Origin: Paramicrosporidium saccamoebae KSL3
Lineage: Eukaryota; Fungi; Cryptomycota
NCBI GenBank assembly: GCA_002794465.1
Contig: MTSL01000205.1
Coordinates: 123,753-155,752, forward strand
Length of the DNA stretch: 32,000 nucleotides
Direction: 5' to 3'
The notes beneath the pieces were generated by a model. That model was not told the origin of the DNA. It saw only the letters and a list, made by a program, of their open reading frames with translations, and ran no database searches. Positions 22,163 through 31,372 of the stretch are shown here, one piece after another. Made by a program: the position numbers and the translations under genes. Position 1 is the stretch's first letter, and every line of letters starts with the position of its first letter.

Positions 22163-22561
22163 CGACTACCCCGGACATGTCTACAGCGAGTATTTAAGTT
22201 TCGCCCATTTACGGCATCTAAAGTGCAGATACAAGATCCTTGTTAAAAATATGGGGGGCATCATATGATGGTATGCTATAAATAATATAAAGTATTTAGC
22301 CGATACTATTTCATTGGCATTACTGCGTCGGTCTCGGAAGCCACAAAGGGTTCACTGCACTGAGACAATTAGGTTTGGGATAGCTAAAGTCAGAATGGCT
22401 TCTCAGTAGGAAATTGGAGTTATCAATGTGTCAACTGTGTGTCCTCGCACCATAATTCATGATCTATAACAGAATATCGAATAGTGTGTGAAATTGATAG
22501 ATTCCGTTAGCCAGCACACCAGCTTTGTTTATCGGCACTAAAATTCCCGGGGAAGCGAAGA

Positions 22562-23963
22562 ATGACCTTGTCTTCTTCGACCAAGGCCACTATCTATGAT
22601 GCTCTAATTCGCTTTGGGGTAAATTTTACATGTCTGCTGTTCGTCTTGCTCGTGCTCGCCTTAGCTTTCATCTTGCGATATCACATAATGCCTGCAATTC
22701 TTGCTGCATGCTGTTCGATTCCCCTCAGCGAGTTTTTTGAAGCCTATCAACGGTTGATGTCGTATCCGATTCGAAGACGCTTATCCAGATTTTTGACCCT
22801 GCCTACTATCATAATTGTTGGAGCAGCTTATTTGTGGGTCGCATCGCTTCTTGGACACCAAGGGAGCAGTATTATTACCTTTATCACCTTGATTACACTT
22901 TTGACCGTGGATATTAGAAACTCTTGGTGCTTTACTCTGGTCATCACGGGCGCAGTTCTACTGACATTGATCATACTTGTTCTGTCGGTTGTTGCCGAGG
23001 TATCGGCATTGTGGAAAACATTTTTTGCAAGAATCTTTAGTCCTGAAGGCAAAGAGCTGGCAGACCGGCTTCTCGACATCCTTGATCGAAAGGTTCGTCA
23101 GCTTACTGGAACCGATATTATTGATCAAATACAGCGAGCGGCTAAGATCATCGGAATTGATATATCGACACCAGAACTGGTGATAGACGAAGAGCGAGTG
23201 GCGTACATTTTTTCTTTGCCAAAATTGCTACTTAAAACTGGATACACGAGTGATCTGCTTGCGTATGTGCAAAAACACATGACAACAGATCATGTGGTCC
23301 GAAGTTTTCAGGCTTTTTTGACCACCGCTTTTTATGCACTAAAGCTTGCCACGCGAAGCGCCGATTTTTTAATGCAATGTGCGACATTTGTCGCATCTAC
23401 AACATACTTTGTTAATCAAAGAAAGTACATTGGAAGTAAAATCAGAGAATCCTCACGCTTGGCCCCGATGACAATGTTTCTTGAAGACACCAAGCGCTCC
23501 ATGGTATCGCTTGCAACTACAATGGTCTCTAGGCTGCTGCTTGAAACATCCTGTAGTTACATAATTTTTCGCCTTTGCGGATCTAGATCTTGCACCAGTT
23601 TGGCTATTTTTTGCGGTATTTTATCAATATTCCCTGTGATCCCGCCATCAACGCTTGCGATCTTGCCTGGTATAGAACTGTTATCACGAGACAAATCTAT
23701 TACTGCAGTTGTCCTACTTACCACACACTTTGTGATTAACCTTATATTTATTCCCAAAGCGTCCGTACCAACATTTTCAAAACGAGGTAATAACATTTCC
23801 TGTATCTTAGCTCATAGGACGTGCCGTGGATATTTGTGCACTTGTTGGATTTTGGACCATTGGCTGGACAGGTCTGTTCTTTGGACCTATTATTGCCTCT
23901 ATCCCAATCCTAGCTATTAAAAGCGCTTCGAGCTTTATTACTTTACTGCAATCGTCGAAATAA
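22562..23963 (+). CDS. Multi-pass membrane protein, TMEM245 / AI-2E-like family
   Basis: Many TM segments. Intron 23787-23817 gives the C-terminus GFWTIGWTGLFFGPIIASIPILAI, matching the AI-2E/TMEM245 G..G...GP motif. N-terminus HIMPAILAACCSIPL. Confidence 0.6.
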
Positions 23964-24080
23964 ACTCTGATTACAGCATTAAAGGTGCACAAATATTGTA
24001 CATATGTGCTGTCCAATGATTATTGATCGCCAGACCAGGGATTTGCGCTTGAGCAGTTGGGCAGGTCGGTAGGTGCACCG

Positions 24081-24287
24081 ATGCAGCTCGGTAACGTTCG
24101 TCAGGAAATTTTCATAGAAAGAAAAGAGCCACTCAAGGCTTCTGAAGTCACACGGAAGATTAAGAAATACCTAAAGAACCAGGAAGCTTCAACCTTGTCT
24201 CCTTCGGTTGCTGTCCACCTTTTGCAAATTCGCGAGAGCTCGTATTTCCTCACCCACAACGCCGTAGCCCCTAATATACACATCTGA
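24081..24287 (+). CDS. Small 68-aa protein, weakly reminiscent of RNA polymerase I subunit Rpa14
   Basis: It fills the gap between two + strand genes. The pattern IFIERKEPLKASEVTRKIKKYL...VAVHLLQI resembles the A14 strand-helix-helix layout, but the similarity was judged by eye only. Confidence 0.4.
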   Translation: MQLGNVRQEIFIERKEPLKASEVTRKIKKYLKNQEASTLSPSVAVHLLQIRESSYFLTHNAVAPNIHI

Positions 24288-24377
24288 TTATCTGTTTGAG
24301 TTTTTTGTATACGAAATTAGTAAATTTTACCAACACTTTTGCCGGGGCTAGCTCATAGCGCTCGATCCAAAGGACTG

Positions 24378-25655
24378 ATGTCATCGAATCTCCTCTGGGT
24401 AGATAAGTACAGACCTTGCGACTTCAATGGCCTAGACTTCCATGGCGACGTAAATAGAGCTCTTGAGAATCTGGTTAATTCCCATACTGAAAAATTCATC
24501 ATGTAGGCTACCTCAGGCGATGTGCCGCATATTTTAGTGACTGGGCCGAATGGATCTGGAAAGATGACCAGAATTAGAGCCTTTCTCGAACGACTCTTTA
24601 GCTCTGGCGTTTTTAAAGTATGAGGATACTGTCACCTAATTAATACTGTAGCTGAAAATTGATGAACGAAGTTTCCAGACTCCATCGGGACGCAAATTTG
24701 ACGTGACCGTCATATCCAGCAATTTTCACGTGGAAATTAATCCGAGCGATGTGGGGATTTACGACCGTGTGGTTGTACAGGATATTGTTAAGGAGCTCGC
24801 ACAGACACAGCAATTAGACAAATCCAAGCGAAATTTTAAAGGTATAGACGGTGCAAACTCTGACGCTCTAGTGGTCGTCATACTTGACGCAGACAAGCTC
24901 AGTCGGGACGGCCAGCATGGCCTGCGGCGCACCATGGAGAAATATAGCTCAAATTTGCGAATAATTCTTTGCTGCACTACCTCAAGTCGAATAATTGATC
25001 CCATCAAAAGTCGTTGCTTTGTAGTTCGTATTCCTGCACCAACAGATATTCAAGTAATCCTAAATGTGCAAATCTCATACTTGCAGGTTGAATCGAATTT
25101 ACGGAAAATTTGCACTTTACAATCACTTCTTGTAGATGATTCTGTGCTACAAAAAATTTCGCACTCATCAGCTGGGAATTATCGAAGGGCTGTTTTAAGT
25201 TTGGAAGAATTTTCTCAAAGGTTGCAGTGATTTTTTCAAGTGGTTCTAAGATGCTAGAAATCAGTTAGAGTCCATTGAATTCGAGTGGGAGCGGTGCATA
25301 AAAAATATTTCAAAGCAGATGTTTCTTGAACAAACACCGGCGAGTCTCCTGGTAATTCGTGGATATTTGTATGAGCTGTTATCGCACTCTATTCCGCCGA
25401 CAACAATTATCAAGGAATGACCATATACATGTTTGTGTTGATCGTGTGTAGACTTTAATGAAGGAGGTGACTAGCCACTCCAAATCGCAATCATTCCTGC
25501 AAAATGTACTCGCAGCATTTGCTTGCTACGTAGCGCATCAATACTTGTTGCTTATATTGTCGTAGGAACATCGTTTGGTACGAGGTAGTAAGGCAATTCT
25601 TCATTTGGAAGCGCTCGCAGCAAACATTATGGCCACGATCGCGGCGATTAAATGA
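24378..25655 (+). CDS. RFC5: Replication factor C small subunit (yeast Rfc5 / human RFC3)
   Basis: LWVDKYRP, PHILVTGPNGSGKMTR, SNFHVEINPSDVG, LRRTMEKY, IIDPIKSRC and EHRL..GSKAILHLEA. Introns 24474-24506, 24618-24651, 24842-24871, 25054-25086, 25221-25257, 25415-25451 (GA-AG) and 25530-25565. Confidence 0.94.
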
Positions 25656-25674
25656 TCATGACTAGTATTATTTA

Positions 25675-26589
25675 CTAAAATTATTCTTCATATCCCTCAA
25701 AGCTTGCATGACTAAAATTGGTCGCTCCTGCATTGTCGCTTTTTTTATGGCGGCAGAGTCCAGCCTCATGAAAGGATTAGTGTCCCATTCGTCCTGAATT
25801 GTGCTCGGCACTGATACAACTGATCCTTCAGCGCGCTCGAGGCCACGAAGTTTCTCAAGCTTGTTGATGACAGCACAATTTCCAGGATCAACGCTAGCAG
25901 CAAACTATGGAATTGATACACCCAAGGTGACGCTTTACCTCGAGATTACTAATGGTGTACTCATGGCCTGGAAATACACTTGTTGAGAGTGGGAGTTTAC
26001 CAAGTTTTTCTAGCAGAGATTCGACCATTTGTTCGGCAGTGCCTTCGAAAAACCTTCCGCAGCCGGCGATAAACAAAGTATCTCCAGTGAATACGGCACG
26101 GGCAGATGGTTCCGCGCCATCATCATGTATGATGTAGGATAAGCTGCCCGAAGTATGGCATGGATTATGGATCGCTTGAACTCGGAGATTTCCAACAGAA
26201 AATTCGTCTTTATGTGCTAATTTGTGCGTCACACCAGGAATGCGATCGTCAAAGCCATAAATCTTAATGTGCGGAAACATTTTTTGAAGTTCGAGGTTCC
26301 CGCCTGCATGGTCACTACCAGAAAGTCCAATTGCCTCGCATGCCTACCTGTGATGGTGTGTTGTTGAAACACAGGAGAGCTTATGAGTCGAGTCATTAAT
26401 AAAAGGAAGAAGTTTGCGGGGTTCCACGGGGTCAATCGCCATCACTAAAGATATGGGCAGGTAGGTGAATATACTTGTTCCAGTGGTTTCATCAGTCACC
26501 AAATATGAGTAGTTGTCACTGAGCACAGAGATTGCTTGGACCGTAAATGGGGTCCTTCCACTGTATTTAACTAACTTGGCGACTGACAT
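25675..26589 (-). CDS. GLO2: Hydroxyacylglutathione hydrolase (glyoxalase II)
   Basis: Introns 26445-26474, 26315-26347 and 25905-25938. Motifs DNYSYL, THHHSDHAGGN, PCHTSG, FTGDTLFIAGCGRFFEG, FPGHEYT, and PSTI..E..TNPFMR. Confidence 0.95.
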
Positions 26590-26634
26590 TTTCAGAAAGC
26601 CCCTGTAGGACGGATTATTAAATAGATGCGTGGA

Positions 26635-27187
26635 TTAATTCCTATCGTGGCTAGTGTTTTCAGGATGTTTCAGGCTGGGCGAATACGACCTAAAAGTAGC
26701 GCAATTTACCATCGATGGTGTCAAATCATGCAGGCGAGGGATGTCTGTGTCTGATTCATTACGATCCGTAACGAGTATGGGGCGACAATAAGAGTCGGTG
26801 TGAATCATGGGCGAGGAAAACGATGGTGTCATGAATGCCATAACCAAGATATGACCGATATACACAAACACGAGCGTCATGAATAAGTACACTGGCATGG
26901 TCACTGCCCAATGCCTAGTGGATTAATAATGGAAGCAGGCATTACCGTTGGGGATAGTACAAGATTCCGATATCGCGTAGTCCATCTTCTGGGAACATTC
27001 CCCAAATAAGAAACAGCAGGAGTAGCAAACATGAAGCGATGTGGAGAATAAATCCATAAAAAGCTGTCCTTGTATTCTGGCGAGAGATTCTGGTTGGTAA
27101 ATCGACTACCTCAGAGTCACTGCGGGCAATAAACCCACGACCAAGGGCATGCGAGGATACGCTACGATCCAATACTTCGACGGACAT
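26635..27187 (-). CDS. GPI19: GPI-GlcNAc transferase subunit PIG-P/Gpi19
   Basis: AFYGFILHIAS, LIWGMFP..L..IGILYYPQRHWAVTMP (spliced across intron 26915-26945), two TM segments and an IP.LHDL...VN tail. Confidence 0.85.
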
Positions 27188-27341
27188 GAATGGACCTGTG
27201 AGACCTGAGCTTGTAGCAAGGTCCCTTTACTGGGATCCCTAGTCCGTAAATATACTTACTCACACACGCTGGTCACTTAGGCTGTAAATTTTCATTTCAA
27301 GAGTTTATCAATAGTCTACTTTTGAACAACTAACGGGTTAT

Positions 27342-27983
27342 TTAGTAGTCCTCCTCCTCTCGGCGGAAGCGTCTAAATTCACCAGCATTGCTGCCACCTT
27401 GGAAGCGGTCGGCTGGGGATCGGAAGCCCGCATTACTGCTTCTCTGAGCATTATATTCACCAGGCTGACGGCCACTAGGTCTGCTGCTATCTCTCTCAAG
27501 AGCAAAATCAGCAAAAACCTAAAGATGAATTCTCAATACAAGTGCGAGATTAAAACCTGGCGGCCTTCAATCTCAAGATTGCCCTCCTGAGTAACTTTTT
27601 GCGCATCTGATGCATTTTGAAACGTTACAAACCCAAATCCACGACTTCTCCCAGTCATCTTATCCTGCTATATTACAAATCGAAATTTTCTGATACAGTT
27701 GCGAGGTGGGCATCGGCTACGGGCCCAAATGATTGAAAAAACTTTTGAAAGTTTTCTAGTAAGAATGTTAACAAACGTTCAGAGGAGGACAACAGTGACA
27801 AGAGTACAAATGAGGCTTCAAAGCGACATTGTAATAATGGTATTTTGGAAGAGTCATACCTTGTGAGAGCTTGAACGGAAGGCTGCGGATGAAAAGACGA
27901 GTGGAAGACATTTGAGACTGAATACCTCCGCTGCCAGGGCTAGAGCGGTAGGAGTACCATTGTGGTGGCCCAAAAAATGACAT
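27342..27983 (-). CDS. Single-RRM RNA-binding protein with low-complexity G/S/R tail (CIRBP/RBM3/GRP-like)
   Basis: Introns 27756-27859 (104 nt), 27665-27696 and 27519-27556 give RNP2 LFIRSL, DKMTGRSRGFGFVTF (RNP1) and IEGRQVFADFA. The start may be the second Met. Confidence 0.85.
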
Positions 27984-28124
27984 TGTTTAGTGAAGTTTTC
28001 GTAAGGATATGTTATAAATTCATCAGTGCACTTAATATAATACGCAAAAGGTGCAGGCCTAGAGGGCGTGCTTTACTGCAAATATACAATAAATCAGATC
28101 CATGATATGCGACATACGCCCCCT

Positions 28125-28482
28125 AATGGGTCGGCAACCTTGGTAAGGATTATAAAAGGCAATCCCGATACTGATGAGACCCACTAGGTTTCCGAATAGG
28201 GACAGTACTATGGATACTGCTGCAAATACTGTAGTAGTGCGAGGTTGCAGAACTATTGGGGGCAATGCTGACAAAGTCTGGCCAACCAGCAAGGACGGCT
28301 AATTGATCAGAGAAATAAATCCTCGCCGGCCCGTACCCGTACTAGTTTCGATACGTTTTACTCAACGTGCTACATCCTACGTCGGGCGGCTGGCCATCAG
28401 GCGCCTCGTACTCGTGGTAATGTTCTTACTACGCGACACTCTGGGTGCTCCTTAAATTGGGCTATAGCAGACATTTATTTTT
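28125..28482 (+). ncRNA. Candidate structured RNA, RNase P RNA-like (tentative)
   Basis: Ordered CR-I-like GACAAAGTCTGG (28270), CR-II-like CAGAGAA (28308) and CR-V-like AAATTGGGCTA (28454). Several long-range helices with G-U pairs favour the + strand, and a T5 run lies at 28478-28482. Confidence 0.5.
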
Positions 28483-28546
28483 GTTCATTTGCAACCCTTT
28501 ATTCTCTTTCAACAAATGCTAGCAGAAAGACGCCTAGAGCCGTCAC

Positions 28547-29674
28547 TTAGAAGCACTTGCGATGGACAATCGAAGGTCCAGATTCGTCGTACTCTTGCTT
28601 GGAAATCCACATTTGCTGGAAGGTAGATAGAGAAGCAAGGATAGAACCACCAATCCATACAGAGTATTTGCGTTCCGGGGGAGCGACAACCTTGACTTTC
28701 ATGGTAGATGGCGCAAGGGAAGTAATCTCTTTTTGCATGCGCTCGGGAAGACCAGAGTACATGGTAGTTCCACCAGAAAGAACAATGTTGCTGTATAGAT
28801 CCTTTCGAATGTCTACGTCACAGATCTTGATGGAATTGTATGTGGTCTCATGGATACCGGAAGCTTCAAGGCCGAGGAAAGAGGGCTGGAAGAGAGCCTC
28901 TGGAGCGCGGAAACGTTCACCTCCAATGGTAATAACTTGCCCGTCTGGAAGCTCGTAGGACTTTTCCACGGCAGACGATTTGAGGGAATCTTCATATTCC
29001 TGGTTGTAGTCTTGAGCAACATAGCAAAGCTTCTCTTTGATATCGCGCACAATTTCGCGTTCAGCAGAGGTGGTGAATGAGTACCCCCTCTCAGTAAGAA
29101 TCTTCATCAAATAGTCAGTAAGATCTCGGCCAGCCAGATCAAGACGAAGGATGGCGTGCGGCACAGCATATCCTTCGTAGATTGGCACAGTGTGTGTGAC
29201 ACCATCGCCAGAGTCCATGACAATACCAGTTGTACGGCCCGAGGCATAGAGAGACAGAACTGCTTGAATCGCGACGTAGAACGCAGGAACGTTGAACGTC
29301 TCAAACATAATCTGAGTCATTTTCTCACGGTTGCGCTTAGGATTGAGCGGAGCTTCAGTGGAGAGAACAGGGTGTTCTTCGGGAGCTACTCGGAGTTCAT
29401 TGTAGAAAGTGTGATGCCAAATCTTCTCCATGTCGTCCCAGTTGGTGACAATGCCGTGCTCAATAGGATACTTGAGACTGAGGATACCACGCTTTGACTG
29501 CGCTTCGTCGCCGACGTACGAGTCCTTTTGACCCATTCCGACCATGACACCTTGGTGGCGAGGTCTTCCGACAATCGACGGGAATACAGCCCGAGGAGCG
29601 TCGTCCCCAGCAAATCCGGCCTTGCACATGCCGGAGCCGTTGTCAATGACCAAAGCCATAACGTCGTCTTCCAT
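28547..29674 (-). CDS. ACT1: Actin
   Basis: [40 protein letters not shown]...IVHRKCF; 375 aa from ATG 29674, CDS intronless. Confidence 0.99.
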   Translation of the reverse strand: MEDDVMALVIDNGSGMCKAGFAGDDAPRAVFPSIVGRPRHQGVMVGMGQKDSYVGDEAQSKRGILSLKYPIEHGIVTNWDDMEKIWHHTFYNELRVAPEEHPVLSTEAPLNPKRNREKMTQIMFETFNVPAFYVAIQAVLSLYASGRTTGIVMDSGDGVTHTVPIYEGYAVPHAILRLDLAGRDLTDYLMKILTERGYSFTTSAEREIVRDIKEKLCYVAQDYNQEYEDSLKSSAVEKSYELPDGQVITIGGERFRAPEALFQPSFLGLEASGIHETTYNSIKICDVDIRKDLYSNIVLSGGTTMYSGLPERMQKEITSLAPSTMKVKVVAPPERKYSVWIGGSILASLSTFQQMWISKQEYDESGPSIVHRKCF

Positions 29675-29987
29675 ATTGCTATAATTCAAGTTCTTTTGGA
29701 GGGTGGATGGAGAAAGGTTGTCCTGTAGACTCTCTACACCAGTGGCGATAAAGTGGCTGGGGTCCCCGAGCTATTTATTTGGACCGCGTTGCCAGCATGA
29801 ATAAACCGAAAAAGGAAACCAATTCACAATAAAAGCAGCGTATTCTATTGGTGGAAAGGCAGTGGCTGACGGTTTAGAGCCAGCTCCCGTTTAGAAGTGA
29901 TATTAAAGTTTATCTACATATTGCTGTATATAGCAACATATTAATGTGTATGTATGCATAGTATGGGACAGAAGTAACTGCCGGGTT

Positions 29988-30426
29988 CTATGTCATAAAG
30001 CTAAGGCCACATCCGCATGTCTCCCGTACATTTGGATTCTTAAAGGTAAACCGGGCAGTCAATTCGTCTTCAGCAAAGTCCATTTCGGACCCTAGAACAG
30101 TCAGGAGAGCCTTTGCGTCAACCAGGACGCGCACATCTTAAATGTTAGCTTCCCACTAGAGTAGTACCATCCTGAACAACCTCTTCGTCAAATTGCCCCT
30201 TCTGCGTCACATAATCGAGGCTATACACGAGCCCAGAACATCCCCGCGATTTTACTCCGACCTTGACCATTCGAGGCTCTGGACCCTCATTTAACTGCCT
30301 CAGTCGTTTTATCGCCGCAGGCGTCTAGTAATTATAGCCGAACCTCTTGCCGGATACCAGCTGTAATATCCTCTTCGGGCTTCCTGGTTTTGACGAAAGA
30401 AGCCTAAGAAGGGGGCTTCCGTACAT
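29988..30426 (-). CDS. ISA1: Mitochondrial A-type Fe-S carrier Isa1/ISCA1 (missed by the ORF track)
   Basis: Introns 30325-30357 and 30137-30167 give MYGSPLLRLLSSK (presequence-like), LTPAAIKRL, GVKSRGCSGLVY, GSEMDF and F.NPN...CGCGLSF, with all three Fe-S cysteines. Confidence 0.95.
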
Positions 30427-30485
30427 GTCACTCAAGCACAACTTGCTAGTTACCGGAAAACGATATTGTCAATCTTAATAGTTTT

Positions 30486-31256
30486 CTATTTACTTTGAGA
30501 TTTTTTTGCCCTTTCTGAAAGGTAAGCGCTGTATCGGCTCTGGGCATAGTCTTTGGCCTGGATGGCTTTTCTAAAGCTATAGCGGCCAAACTTCTTAGCT
30601 CGCTCTGCACCAAGTTTTCCGTACTTTTTCAAAGATTCCGTCGCCAGGTTTCCATAGATCCGCAAGTTAACAAGTCCAATTTGCCCATAGTGACCCGCAA
30701 GCGTCCATAGTACAGTTCCGTATTGATGCGCGTGTACCAAGAACAAATTGCCGTACTTTATACCAATCTCCTTCCAGACTTCCATATAGCGACTACTGTC
30801 TTTGGTGGCAGATTCCGAAAACGAGCGCTCGCCTTGGCTTTCTTTCGTCAAATCTGCATCAATCTTGCGTCTTTCCGAATCTGGCTGGCTGGGTGAAGGT
30901 TCCACAACCTGGTCAGCCGAGTCTACTTCATTTGTTTCTTCATCAGAGTTGAATTTGGGAGAGGCACTATTCTTCACTGGGGCGTTATTCTGGTCGCTCT
31001 TATCACTCTTGCCGTTTGGGAGCTCTTGTCCGATTACATACTGGAAATTCGGAATATCCTGTTTAATTGATTGAGCATCCGGATGTTGATGGTCCTGGCG
31101 TTCCTGACAGGCCTTGCATTCACTGTTACCCTTTCTAAGCAGGTCGTGCACATTAGCACTAGGAGAATTGTCCATTCCTTCCTCACCCTCTGAATGAGCA
31201 TTAGCAGCCACTAGCAGACAAAGTAAGGCAGAGAGAAATGCGTTGGCGAGCAGCAT
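30486..31256 (-). CDS. Hypothetical secreted protein with acidic disordered middle and 11-mer YG repeats
   Basis: Strong signal peptide (MLLANAFLSALLCLLVAANA), a CxxC motif and periodic C-terminal repeats. Confidence 0.75.
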   Translation of the reverse strand: MLLANAFLSALLCLLVAANAHSEGEEGMDNSPSANVHDLLRKGNSECKACQERQDHQHPDAQSIKQDIPNFQYVIGQELPNGKSDKSDQNNAPVKNSASPKFNSDEETNEVDSADQVVEPSPSQPDSERRKIDADLTKESQGERSFSESATKDSSRYMEVWKEIGIKYGNLFLVHAHQYGTVLWTLAGHYGQIGLVNLRIYGNLATESLKKYGKLGAERAKKFGRYSFRKAIQAKDYAQSRYSAYLSERAKKSQSK

Positions 31257-31372
31257 GAATCAACTTATTTGTTTAGCCAATGAAACAGATAAGGAGGTTT
31301 CAATTTATATTATAAAAATCTGCAGACTGGATTTTGTACAGCCGTGACAGATCCAATATGTAAAACCGACAA

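Noticed and set aside
22270-22560. Possible ncRNA or tRNA in the LSG1/TMEM245 divergent gap (TTTAGC/GCTAAA and GTCTC/GAGAC stems, GGTTCAC)
   Set aside because: No cloverleaf, the T-loop is not GTTCRA, and there are no properly placed H/ACA or C/D boxes. It is compatible with a bidirectional promoter.
28171-28200. Hammerhead-like CTGATGAG...CGAA
   Set aside because: GAAA is replaced by GAAT, stem II is poor, and there is no stem I/III with an NUH cleavage site.
28059-28292. 77-aa hydrophobic minus-strand ORF
   Set aside because: It has a TTG start right after a stop and no workable upstream exon was found. It overlaps the structured RNA candidate, whose G-U pairs favour the + strand. Not fully excluded.
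768-31074. Numerous short antisense or alternate-frame ORFs in the track (e.g. 845-1444, 2042-2497, 3842-4306, 28557-28958, 29156-29497)
   Set aside because: They are shadows of well-supported genes on the opposite strand or frame, with no independent motifs.
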